Assembly: GCF_009914755.1 (NCBI RefSeq)
Contig: NC_060941.1
Reading direction: 5' to 3' (one strand)
DNA from: the human T2T-CHM13v2.0 reference genome, Homo sapiens
Length of the DNA stretch: 64,000 nt
A program made the translations under genes and the position numbers. Shown in pieces: positions 23,301 to 53,926 of this stretch (positions are counted from its first letter, which is position 1; the number at the start of each line of letters is the position of its first letter). The notes under the pieces are model-generated. The model was given only the letters and a program-made list of their open reading frames with translations, had not been told where the DNA came from and ran no database searches.

Positions 23301-25094
23301 ATGCCAGCCTCATCTCCTTTCTTGCTAGCCCCCAAAGGGCCTCCAGGCAACATGGGGGGCCCAGTCAGAGAGCCGGCACTCTCAGTTGCCCTCTGGTTGA
23401 GTTGGGGGGCAGCTCTGGGGGCCGTGGCTTGTGCCATGGCTCTGCTGACCCAACAAACAGAGCTGCAGAGCCTCAGGAGAGAGGTGAGCCGGCTGCAGGG
23501 GACAGGAGGCCCCTCCCAGAATGGGGAAGGGTATCCCTGGCAGAGTCTCCCGGAGCAGGTGAGTGAGGGGAGGAGGGTGTCTGGGAGAGGATGGTTAGCA
23601 TGGGGGGTCTCTGGGCCTCCTGGTCTGCAAAGTTTCAAGGGGGTGCAAGAGAGGGTCTCCGGTTTGGAAGTCAGGGGCGCGGCCATTCCAGGAAAGGAAA
23701 CTGTTAAAGGTTAATGCTTCTCATACCTAACAAATCCTGGAGGGCAGCCAGCACCAACACTCAGGGTGCTGGGAAAAGGTGCGTGAGAGATCTGAGGCAT
23801 CTCGGGGGCAGGGGAGGGCTGGGAAGGCAGGCTGGCTGGGACCCTCGCATCTTAACCTAACCTTGACCCTCTTTCCATGAGCAGAGTTCCGATGCCCTGG
23901 AAGCCTGGGAGAGTGGGGAGAGATCCCGGAAAAGGAGAGCAGTGCTCACCCAAAAACAGAAGAGTGAGGCTTCCAGGGTGCAGCAGGGGTGGGAGGTGAT
24001 CAAGCAGCGTGGGGATTGTAAGCCCGAGTCAGGGTGAGGGTGGAGGCTGCCAACAGCACAACGGGGGAAAGTGGATGCGGCTGAGATTCCCTCCTTCTCT
24101 CCTCAGAGCAGCACTCTGTCCTGCACCTGGTTCCCATTAACGCCACCTCCAAGGGTGAGCACTATTTTAAATAATGGCTTTGGGGAGGGGCAATAACCAG
24201 GAACTCGGGCTGGCACTTGGGCTCAAGGGGTCCTTATAGGTGAAAGGGAAAGAACCAAAAAGCACCTGAGAGTGCCAAGAAGTCCTGACCGACACACTCT
24301 CACCTCCAGATGACTCCGATGTGACAGAGGTGATGTGGCAACCAGCTCTTAGGCGTGGGAGAGGCCTACAGGCCCAAGGATATGGTGTCCGAATCCAGGA
24401 TGCTGGAGTTTATCTGCTGTATAGCCAGGTAACCCCAGCCACACTCTGAGCTTCACAGAGGGCCTCTTTGGCCCCCTACTGAGGGTTCCTGACCCCTCTA
24501 TTCATACCAAACCCAGCAGACCCTTCTTTCTTCCCTCGTTAGCGCTCCTGAGGCCTCCCAGAACTGAGCCAGGCCATCCTGTTTTCTTCAACATCTCCCT
24601 TCCCTGCCAGGTCCTGTTTCAAGACGTGACTTTCACCATGGGTCAGGTGGTGTCTCGAGAAGGCCAAGGAAGGCAGGAGACTCTATTCCGATGTATAAGA
24701 AGTATGCCCTCCCACCCGGACCGGGCCTACAACAGCTGCTATAGCGCAGGTGAGAGCCGTGTGGGCAGCCGAAAGCAGGACGTCTCTGACCGGGGGTAGC
24801 AGTGCAGGGAGCTACCGCTAGGAGGGAGGTTGGAAACCTAAACAGAGGCGGGTCTGAGGAGTGAAGTGCAGAATGCCGGGTCCTTACAGGAGGCAGAGGA
24901 ACGGTGGAGCTGGAGAAGGCAGGGGGAAACAGGGCATCTGGATGGCTGTGCTTCACTGCGAATCTACTTTCTCTCTTTTCTCAGGTGTCTTCCATTTACA
25001 CCAAGGGGATATTCTGAGTGTCATAATTCCCCGGGCAAGGGCGAAACTTAACCTCTCTCCACATGGAACCTTCCTGGGGTTTGTGAAACTGTGA
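23301..25094 (+). CDS. TNFSF13: TNF superfamily member 13 (APRIL), 250 aa, 6 coding exons
   Basis: Exons 23301-23558, 23885-23963, 24107-24154, 24310-24428, 24611-24749, 24985-25094 (753 nt); MPASSPFLLAPK..., furin site RKRR, ends GTFLGFVKL; AATAAA at 25842. Confidence 0.98.
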
Positions 25095-25879
25095 TTGTGT
25101 TATAAAAAGTGGCTCCCAGCTTGGAAGACCAGGGTGGGTACATACTGGAGACAGCCAAGAGCTGAGTATATAAAGGAGAGGGAATGTGCAGGAACAGAGG
25201 CGTCTTCCTGGGTTTGGCTCCCCGTTCCTCACTTTTCCCTTTTCATTCCCACCCCCTAGACTTTGATTTTACGGATATCTTGCTTCTGTTCCCCATGGAG
25301 CTCCGAATTCTTGCGTGTGTGTAGATGAGGGGCGGGGGACGGGCGCCAGGCATTGTCCAGACCTGGTCGGGGCCCACTGGAAGCATCCAGAACAGCACCA
25401 CCATCTAGCGGCCGCTCGAGGGAAGCACCCGCCGGTTGGCCGAAGTCCACGAAGCCGCCCTCTGCTAGGGAAAACCCCTGGTTCTCCATGCCACACCTCT
25501 CTCCAGGTGCCCTCTGCCTCTTCACCCCACAAGAAGCCTTATCCTACGTCCTTCTCTCCATCTATCGGACCCCAGTTTCCATCACTATCTCCAGAGATGT
25601 AGCTATTATGCGCCCGTCTACAGGGGGTGCCCGACGATGACGGTGCCTTCGCAGTCAAATTACTCTTCGGGTCCCAAGGTTTGGCTTTCACGCGCTCCAT
25701 TGCCCCGGCGTGGCAGGCCATTCCAAGCCCTTCCGGGCTGGAACTGGTGTCGGAGGAGCCTCGGGTGTATCGTACGCCCTGGTGTTGGTGTTGCCTCACT
25801 CCTCTGAGCTCTTCTTTCTGATCAAGCCCTGCTTAAAGTTAAATAAAATAGAATGAATGATACCCCGGCTCCATTTCCC

Positions 25880-26750
25880 CCACTGCCTCGCCTCAGCCCG
25901 GTCCTCGTACGGGGATCTCCCGCCCTCCTGGCTCTCCTGTGGCGCGCCCCCCGCCGGATCAAGGTACTGGGGATGCCGCTAGGGTCAGGCCCGCGAGCGC
26001 GGAGAAGACAGAGCGCGGCGCAAAAGGGAAAGTGGCGGGGCCGCCACGCGCGGCCGGGCGGCGGATGTGCGCAGGCGCAGCCTCGCGTAGCGCTCTGGGC
26101 TGGCCAGTCCCGTGGCGCCGGCGTCCTCGGGTAGACGGGACCGCGCGCTTGGTGGCCGCGCCGGCGCTCTTCGCCGGGTGTGACGTACTAATCGTGCGCC
26201 ACCGCTGCCGGTGGGCCCGGGGCTCGCGGGAGGGGAAGGAGGAGGGGGGGAGGAGTGGCGGCGGCGGCGGTGGCGCTGGTGGCGGCGGTGGCGGAGGTGG
26301 AGGTGGAGGTGGAAGCTGAAGCTGAAGCAGAGCCAGAGGCGGCGCGGCGGGGTGCTCGGCGGCGCGGCACGCGGCCCAGAAGCGTTGGAATCCTGAATTG
26401 AGACGGCTGCGCCTAAAGACAGCAGGAGTGGCGGGGCCGCCGCCGTCGCCGGAGAGATGAGCCGGGAAGCTTGAGGCCGGAGACGCCCGCCTTCGGGCCC
26501 GTCCGCCCGGCTTCCCCGCTCCCGGTGAGGACGCCCCCTCCCCTCCCCCCAGCCCTGCCTTGGCCTCTCCCATTCCTGGGCCTCGCTCCCACCGAACCGG
26601 GGCCCAGAGGCCCGCATAGGGGCTTCTTAAGGCCCGTGTGCGCCGAGCCATCCAAGCTCGTGGGACCGGACTGGTGCCGGGTTGCATTCTGGTCCCCGAG
26701 GATGAAGTAGGAGGGGGCTGGGCCGGCCTGGCTTGTGCGCTCCGTTCTGT
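25880..26750. promoter_or_regulatory. CpG island / SENP3 promoter and non-coding exon 1 (donor at about 26524)
   Basis: CpG-dense; NRF1-like TGCGCAGGCGCA; CRE-like TGACGTA; CCG|GTGAGG donor; GGC/GGAGGT repeats. Confidence 0.8.
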
Positions 26751-27337
26751 CCCAGCGTCTTGATTCGGTTCTCTTTAAGTTTCCTTCAAAGTTCTTCCCC
26801 GTTTATCAGCCTCTGCCCCCTGAACCATATCCCTGGCATCTGCACTTGAGATGACCGCAGCCTTCCCATGCCCCCCGTTCATCCAGGGTGTTAGAGAACT
26901 GTCTCCCATTCCAGTCCAGTTTCCACGTGCAAGTTGCATTCTCCTCAAGTACCACGGTTATCATGTCCCTGAGGAAAGAAACTGCCCTTGTTGGGCCCTC
27001 AAAGGACAGCCCTGGTGGTATTAAAATAAAGACGTAGAACCTGGCAGTGCTATTGGGTTTGGCCTGGTGATCTTAGAAATAAGATCTCTGAGGCCTGCTG
27101 CTTAGCCATTTTCCCTTGTCTCTGGACTGGGGAGAGATGATGGCACAGACCCTGAAGGGCCCCTTGTGGACCGCGTTAACCGGGAAGATCTTAAGTTAGG
27201 AGTTTTGCGTTTTTTCCTCTTTTCTTTATTTGCATCTGAATCCAGAGGAGGCATGGCCAGGAAGAGAGGCAGGATCTGCGGTGGGGTGATGCTTAGATTT
27301 TGATACCCTGATCTTTTGTTTTTCAGGGTACTGGAAG

Positions 27338-35744
<8,407 letters not shown>

Positions 35745-36094
35745 GCCTCGTACCCCAGACCCCAAGCCCATAAATGGGAAGGGAGACATGGGAGTCCCTT
35801 CCCAAGAAACTCCAGTTCCTTTCCTCTCTTGCCTCTTCCCACTCACTTCCCTTTGGTTTTTCATATTTAAATGTTTCAATTTCTGTATTTTTTTTTCTTT
35901 GAGAGAATACTTGTTGATTTCTGATGTGCAGGGGGTGGCTACAGAAAAGCCCCTTTCTTCCTCTGTTTGCAGGGGAGTGTGGCCCTGTGGCCTGGGTGGA
36001 GCAGTCATCCTCCCCCTTCCCCGTGCAGGGAGCAGGAAATCAGTGCTGGGGGTGGTGGGCGGACAATAGGATCACTGCCTGCCAGATCTTCAAA

Positions 36095-36098
<4 letters not shown>

Positions 36099-36150
<52 letters not shown>
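36099..36150. repeat. (TA)n microsatellite in the SENP3 3' UTR
   Basis: About 26 TA units. Confidence 0.95.
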
Positions 36151-36156
<6 letters not shown>

Positions 36157-37088
36157 TAAATATATAAATGCCACGGTCCTGCTCTGGTCAATAAAGGATC
36201 CTTTGTTGATACGTAAGTGGTGGTCTTCCTTAAGGGGCTTCAAATTAGTGGATATGCTTAGCTCAGACCTTCCAGCCAGTCTCTTGAGACTAAAGGGTTC
36301 AGCTTTCCATCCCTGGCTCAGGCACTGCCAACACCTTGTCTTCACCCAAACAAATCCCCCAGATGGGAGCAGAGAGCAGGAAGGAGGGAAAGTAGATAAG
36401 CCTCAAGAATAAGGGCATCCGAGAGGGAAGCTGGGGAACTGGACACAAGGGACTGGGGAGGGGACCAACCAGGATTCATGATAGTACCCCAAAGCCCTTT
36501 ACAGTTTTCTTCCATCCCTCCACCATCCAGCCAGGGGAATCCTCCCATCCCTACGATATCGCTGTTGATTCCTTCATCCCTGGCACACGTCCAGGCAGTG
36601 TCGAATCCATCTCTGCTACAGGGGAAAACAAATAACATTTGAGTCCAGTGGAGACCGGGAGCAGAAGTAAAGGGAAGTGATAACCCCCAGAGCCCGGAAG
36701 CCTCTGGAGGCTGAGACCTCGCCCCCCTTGCGTGATAGGGCCTACGGAGCCACATGACCAAGGCACTGTCGCCTCCGCACGTGTGAGAGTGCAGGGCCCC
36801 AAGATGGCTGCCAGGCCTCGAGGCCTGACTCTTCTATGTCACTTCCGTACCGGCGAGAAAGGCGGGCCCTCCAGCCAATGAGGCTGCGGGGCGGGCCTTC
36901 ACCTTGATAGGCACTCGAGTTATCCAATGGTGCCTGCGGGCCGGAGCGACTAGGAACTAACGTCATGCCGAGTTGCTGAGCGCCGGCAGGCGGGGCCGGG
37001 GCGGCCAAACCAATGCGATGGCCGGGGCGGAGTCGGGCGCTCTATAAGTTGTCGATAGGCGGGCACTCCGCCCTAGTTTCTAAGGATC

Positions 37089-42733
<5,645 letters not shown>

Positions 42734-43817
42734 GGGGCTGTCCTGCCACCCAGCCCCAGCCAGGGCTCAATCTCTGGGGGCTGAGGAGCAGCAGGAGGGG
42801 GGAGGGAAGGGAGCCAAGGGATGGACATCTTGTCATTTTTTTTCTTTGAATAAATGTCACTTTTTGAGGCAAAAGAAGGAACCGTGAACATTTTAGACAC
42901 CCTTTTCTTTGGGGTAGGCTCTTGCCCCAGGCGCCGGCTCTTCTCCCAAAAAAAAAAAAAAAAACACTAATCCATTTCCCTAACCTAGTAACCTCCAGAT
43001 CCCAGAGGCTCTCCTCACCTCAGCTGAGCTCCTTTGAAAGTGATTCAAGGGACTATGTCACTCAGCCTCATTTGCTGGACCAAATCTGGAGGGAGAACCC
43101 CTAAAACCCCTAAGTGAGGTTGCCCAGGGGGTTGTCCCCAGGTGGGGGGAAGCAGGGGAGAGAAAATGGTAGCCATTTTTACATTGTTTTGTATAGTATT
43201 TATTGATTCAGGAAACAAACACAAAATTCTGAATAAAATGACTTGGAAACTGCCTGTTTGGGCTTCTCATTTCTTACCTCCCCTTCCCTCTCCCACCTGC
43301 TACTGGGTGCATCTCTGCTCCCCCCTTCCCCAGCAGATGGTTACCTTTGGGCTGTTGCTTTCTTGTCACCATCTGAGTTCTCAGACGCTGGAAAGCCATG
43401 TTCTCGGCTCTGTGAATGACAATGCTGACTGGAGTGCTGCCCCTCTGTAAAGGGCTGGGTGTGGATGGTCACAAGCCCCTCACATGCCTCAGCCAAGAGG
43501 AAGTAGTACAGGGGTCAGCCCAGAGGTCCAGGGGAAAGGAGTGGAAACCGATTTCCCCACCAAGGGAGGGGCCTGTACCTCAGCTGTTCCCATAGCTACT
43601 TGCCACAACTGCCAAGCAAGTTTCGCTGAGTTTGACACATGGATCCCTGTGGATCAACTGCCCTAGGACTCCGTTTGCACCCATGTGACACTGTTGACTT
43701 TGCCCTGATGAAGCAGGGCCAACAGTCCCCTAACTTAATTACAAAAACTAATGACTAAGAGAGAGGTGGCTAGAGCTGAGGCCCCTGAGTCAGGCTGTGG
43801 GTGGGATCATCTCCAGT

Positions 43818-43843
43818 ACAGGAAGTGAGACTTTCATTTCCTC
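43818..43843. promoter_or_regulatory. CD68 proximal promoter ETS (PU.1) site plus Ets-IRF composite element
   Basis: ACAGGAAGTG 43818-43827; CTTTCATTTCCTC (rc GAGGAAATGAAAG, GGAANNGAAA) 43831-43843; no TATA box. Confidence 0.7.
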
Positions 43844-43925
43844 CTTTCCAAGAGAGGGCTGAGGGAGCAGGGTTGAGCAACTGGTGCAGACAGCCTAGCT
43901 GGACTTTGGGTGAGGCGGTTCAGCC

Positions 43926-45759
43926 ATGAGGCTGGCTGTGCTTTTCTCGGGGGCCCTGCTGGGGCTACTGGCAGGTAAGGAGGAAGGAGGCTGAGGGGAG
44001 GGGGCCCCTGGGAGGGAGCCTGCCCTGGGTTGCTAACCATCTCCTCTCTGCCAAAAGCCCAGGGGACAGGGAATGACTGTCCTCACAAAAAATCAGCTAC
44101 TTTGCTGCCATCCTTCACGGTGACACCCACGGTTACAGAGAGCACTGGAACAACCAGCCACAGGACTACCAAGAGCCACAAAACCACCACTCACAGGACA
44201 ACCACCACAGGCACCACCAGCCACGGACCCACGACTGCCACTCACAACCCCACCACCACCAGCCATGGAAACGTCACAGTTCATCCAACAAGCAATAGCA
44301 CTGCCACCAGCCAGGGACCCTCAACTGCCACTCACAGTCCTGCCACCACTAGTCATGGAAATGCCACGGTTCATCCAACAAGCAACAGCACTGCCACCAG
44401 CCCAGGATTCACCAGTTCTGCCCACCCAGAACCACCTCCACCCTCTCCGAGTCCTAGCCCAACCTCCAAGGAGACCATTGGAGACTACACGTGGACCAAT
44501 GGTTCCCAGCCCTGTGTCCACCTCCAAGCCCAGATTCAGATTCGAGTCATGTACACAACCCAGGGTGGAGGAGAGGTAAAGCTAAAACTGGGGGATGAGA
44601 GGGGAGGGAGGCAGGACTGGATATAGGCTCAGAGGGAAGAAGGAAGAGGGGACAGGGAACCTTGGCCGGCATCGCATGCAGTCTTGTGACCTTCCAGTCT
44701 TTAACTTCCGCAGGCCTGGGGCATCTCTGTACTGAACCCCAACAAAACCAAGGTCCAGGGAAGCTGTGAGGGTGCCCATCCCCACCTGCTTCTCTCATTC
44801 CCCTATGGACACCTCAGCTTTGGATTCATGCAGGTATAGCCATGACCTCAGTCTCACCCCTCACTCAGCCTCCCGGCGCCCCTCCCCTCCCAATCCCACA
44901 CGCTACTCCTTCCTCTGTGGAGAGGGATACCACCTGCGCCTTCCTCTTCGCCCCACAGGACCTCCAGCAGAAGGTTGTCTACCTGAGCTACATGGCGGTG
45001 GAGTACAATGTGTCCTTCCCCCACGCAGCACGTAAGTAACCTCCTTCCCTTTCTCATTGCTACCACTAGACGCCAGGGTTCCTGAAAGGACTAAGCTGGG
45101 GCCAGGGAGGTGGATAGGATCTGACCCTTCCTCACTCCTCCAGAGTGGACATTCTCGGCTCAGAATGCATCCCTTCGAGATCTCCAAGCACCCCTGGGGC
45201 AGAGCTTCAGTTGCAGCAACTCGAGCATCATTCTTTCACCAGCTGTCCACCTCGACCTGCTCTCCCTGAGGCTCCAGGCTGCTCAGCTGCCCCACACAGG
45301 GGTCTTTGGGCAAAGTAAGACCTACCTACTCCTTCCCTCCTAGAATCCTCCCACTGCACTGAAAACCCCTTCCCCAGGCCCATAAGCCACTCATCTCTCT
45401 TCTTAACCCCCCAAATCTCGCTCTCCCAGCTTGTCATGGCTACAGGGCAGCTTTCTTTCCATCCTCTACAAGACTCTGCCAGTTTCCCCCTTTTATCACT
45501 GCTGAGTCACTGCGGTGAGCTCCTCACCAATCTCCTACTCCCCAGCATCCCCCCATTCCCTCCTCCCACCTTTATCCCAACCAGCACGTCACTGCAAATA
45601 CCTACCTGCCCTATCCTTCCGCCAGGTTTCTCCTGCCCCAGTGACCGGTCCATCTTGCTGCCTCTCATCATCGGCCTGATCCTTCTTGGCCTCCTCGCCC
45701 TGGTGCTTATTGCTTTCTGCATCATCCGGAGACGCCCATCCGCCTACCAGGCCCTCTGA
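43926..45759 (+). CDS. CD68: CD68 (macrosialin), 354 aa, 6 exons
   Basis: Exons 43926-43974, 44058-44575, 44714-44833, 44959-45031, 45144-45314, 45626-45759 (1065 nt); signal peptide, mucin domain, proline hinge, LAMP domain, TM, YQAL sorting motif. Confidence 0.98.
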
Positions 45760-45887
45760 GCATTTGCTTCAAACCCCAGGGCACTGAGGGGGTTGGGGTG
45801 TGGTGGGGGGGTACCCTTATTTCCTCGACACGCAACTGGCTCAAAGACAATGTTATTTTCCTTCCCTTTCTTGAAGAACAAAAAGAA

Positions 45888-46200
45888 AGCCGGGCATGAC
45901 GGCTCATGCCTGTAATCCCAGCACTTTGGGAGGCTGAGGCAGGTGGATCACTGGAGGTCAGGAGTTTGAGACCAGCCTGGCCAACATGGTGAAACCCTGT
46001 CTCTACTAAAAATACAATTAGCCAGGTGTGGCGGCGTAATCCCAGCTGGCCTGTAATCCCAGCTACTTGGGAGGCTGAGGCAGAACTGCTTGAACCCAGG
46101 AGGTGGAGGTTGCAGTGAGCCGTCATCGCGCCACTGAGCCAAGATCGCGCCACTGCACTCCAGCCTGGGCGACAGAGCCAGACTGTCTCAAATAAATAAA
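45888..46200 (+). mobile_element. AluS in the CD68 3' UTR
   Basis: Alu consensus with (AAAT)n tail. Confidence 0.9.
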
Positions 46201-47199
46201 TATGAGATAATGCAGTCGGGAGAAGGGAGGGAGAGAATTTTATTAAATGTGACGAACTGCCCCCCCCCCCCCCCCCCAGCAGGAGAGCAGCAAAATTTAT
46301 GCAAATCTTTGACGGGGTTTTCCTTGTCCTGCCAGGATTAAAAGCCATGAGTTTCTTGTCACATGCCTTTCTATGCCTTCCATGGCTGGGTCTCAGGGAG
46401 CCGGAAGCAGCTGCTGAGGAGGGATGAAAATGTCAGTGTGTGACGATGCCTCATGGGTTCACCCCCCAAAGCCTGGCACAGCTGGTGTTGGGTCTGCCGT
46501 GCCTCCCTTCCTTCCTCCTCTTGGGGCCACTGGCTGCTCCAGTTCCCCATCCGTGGCAAGCCGGTAGAGCCATTCATCCCCGCAGCCTTCTTCCTGACCC
46601 TCGTACAGTTTCAAATGCAGCAGACAGCCAAAGCAATGAGTGGGGGGCTGTGGAACTTCATTCCCAAAGGCAGCGCCAGTGGCTCCTGAGCAATGAGAAT
46701 GTCCTGTCCTGTCCACCATATTCAAGGCCAGCAGAAGAGCCCGATTAAACCCTCGCAGCACCTGGCATGCTCCTATCCCACCTACAAGGGGTTGAATCAA
46801 GAAGGAGCAGTGGGTACTCTGACCTCCACTGGGGGCTCCTGGGAACAGCATGCCCCCCACACGGGGCCACCTGCCAAGCCTAACTTCATGCCCCCAGTAC
46901 TTGAGATGAGGAGTGTCACTCTCAGGACAGCCAAGGTCCAGATTCTAGAAAGGACCTCCCAGATGGCCACAGCCTGCACCAGCAGTGAGCGCCAGTCCCA
47001 CCCATTACAGCTGGCTACGGCGCAATCCCTGGGAGCCAGGATGAGCAGCACCCCCCAGCCGTAGGAGCCCCAGGAGGCTTCCGGCCTCCAAGGCCCAGAG
47101 ACTGCCCCACAAGGGCAGCCCTCACCTGGCAGGGCCCCAGCAGCCCCACCTCTGCCTGCAGACATCCGTGTGACCTTGTAGACTTTGGAGGGGGGCCGC

Positions 47200-51801
<4,602 letters not shown>

Positions 51802-52627
51802 AGCCAGCTACTGGAGTCATTCCGTTTCCACTCATTCACCCAACCTCAGGGTTCTCCCCATCTGAGCCAGCCTGCTGGTGTGACTTACTCATCCTCCATT
51901 CCTCTGCACTTGCAGACTTTCTGAGCCAGGGTTTTCTTTTAGTGGAAACAAATGGTTGATGGATCCAGATCCTTAGAAAAGGAGAGGATGGGGGTAGAGT
52001 CTCCCAAGCCAAAATTTTGACATTTGAGTGCTTTCGTAAGCCCTGTACATGTACTATTAATTCAGTCATTCAGCCAAGCCTCCTCCTCTAGCAGCAATTT
52101 CCAGCTGTGTAACACTATCCTGGGCAAATGTTTTACCCTGTCCTCCAGCCTCCCTGCTTCCCTTCTGGCCCTGGAAGACTGAGTCTGGACGGCAGAGTGG
52201 AGGGACTGGGAGGCTGTGGCTGCCTCCCTCCCTCAGCCCGGCTGGGACTGTCTCCCGGACCCCAGTGCTGGGGTGGGGGAAGGGGGACGGAGAATGACTC
52301 AGGCAGGGCCCCAGGGTGGGGTGAGGAGGTTCCTGCTCTGGCAGGTCTAGGCGGAAGGGAGTGGAGATGGGGCTGGTTCCTGCTGCAGTGAGGGGAACAG
52401 ATGGGACAATAAAGACTGGAGACTCAGTTGAATAATACAAAACTGTTTAATACTACCAAAAATATAATTGTATGTTGTGCGGCTCTCCCTGGCTATCATG
52501 GGAGGACTGCAGGCTGCCTCTGAACTGTAGTCCAACAGGAGAAAGGGTTGACAGCCTGGGGTAGGGGATGCTGCTGGATTAAAAAAGGAGGATGAGGCCC
52601 GTCCCGTGAGGTCTGCGTCCATGAGGG

Positions 52628-53926
52628 TTAGAGGTGGGTTAGGGGCATGGGGGCACCAGCAAGGGGAGGGTTGTATGGAGTGGGAGAGCCAGGGGGCAGG
52701 TAGTGGGTATAGGTGGGCAGCAGTTCCCCCTGGAGCCTAGGGTCACTCTGAGGGAGGGAGCACGGTGAGGGGGCTTCCAGTTTGCAGTGGGAAGAGCTGC
52801 AGAGAGAAACAAGAGGTTAGAGGGCACTTCCCTGGGTTGGAGGTGAGTCTGGCCAGTTCTGGGCAGACAGGGTAGAGCGTGCCACCCACCCAGCCCTGGC
52901 TACCCAGCCCGCTGGGCGCAGCAGGCATGGAAGCCGACCCCGGGATGGAGAGCCCGCGGCCCTGTTGGGGCACGCTCGGGAGCGGGCTTGCGTGCTGCAC
53001 GGCTGTTTTCCTCTTGGGGAGTCAGGCCAGGAAAGGGCAGAATGAGCTCGGCCTCTCCTTGCCCTGGGGGCTGGGAGAGGAAGCTGGGTCACACACAGGC
53101 CAGAAGCAGGGGGGAAACGGGGCATCTAACTAGGACACAGTCGCATCCAGGGGTCAGTCACCTGACCCTACAGGGCCCACCACCTTCAGACTGAGATGGA
53201 AACGCCCTCTGGGAGAACCCTGATCCGCCCCACCCTACACAGGCCCCGGAGGTACTGGGCCTGCGCCCGCCACACCTTGGCCGCGAGTGGCCTCTGCTTG
53301 GGTGGGCTCCCGTCCTCCGGCATCCGCCCCCACCAAGGCTCCAGAAGAGGGGCGCATGGGCCTCCGTCTTCGGCCCGCTTCCCAGGCACTCACCCATAGC
53401 TGCCAGGCAGGTAGGCTGTCGAGTAGCTGGGGGGTCTGTACCCAAAGCCTCTGCTCGGTTGGGTGGTCGCGTACCCCGGCCCCCAGAGCGGGCCGCCGCT
53501 GGCCAGGTTGCCTCTTCCCTGTCCGCAGCGGGAAGGTCCGGCGCCCGAGCTCTTGGCCTTGCGCCGAGGCCGGTACTTGTAGTCGGGGTAGTCGCGCAGG
53601 TGTCGGGCGCGGAGCCGCTTGGCCTCCTCCACGAAGGGCCGCTTCTCGTCCTCGTCCAGCAGCTTCCACTGCGCGCCCAGGCGCTTGGAGATCTCGGAGT
53701 TGTGCATCTTGGGGTTCTGCTGCGCCATCTGGCGGCGCTGAGCGGAGCTCCACACCATGAACGCGTTCATCGGCCGCTTCACCTTCTCCAGGGGCAGCGT
53801 CCCGGGGGCCGCGGGGCTCCCAGCGCCCTCCCGCTCCTGGGGTCCCGAAGATGAGGAGGCAGCAGCCGTGGCAGCCGGAGGCTCCAGGCTCCAGGCCTGG
53901 TCCTGTGAGGAGCCTGGTAGCGCCAT
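52628..53926 (-). CDS. SOX15: SRY-box transcription factor 15, 233 aa, 2 exons
   Basis: Exons 53926-53394 and 52796-52628 (702 nt); HMG box [13 protein letters not shown]...[10 protein letters not shown]; ends PMPLTHL; minus-strand ATTAAA at 52446-52451. Confidence 0.98.

Noticed and set aside
25405-25420. CTAGCGGCCGCTCGAG (overlapping NotI/XhoI) looks like a vector polylinker
   Set aside because: Only about 14 bp, inside a CpG-rich 3' UTR next to the SENP3 island; no other vector sequence nearby.
43096-43114. AACCCCTAAAACCCCTAA telomere-like repeat
   Set aside because: Two imperfect units only.
46750-46810. Minus-strand QPLV...VLRGFN resembling the kinesin pre-P-loop; LGKGT near 47310 resembling a kinase Gly-loop
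   Set aside because: No GQTGSGKT P-loop and no VAIK/HRD/DFG motifs; a family assignment is not supported.
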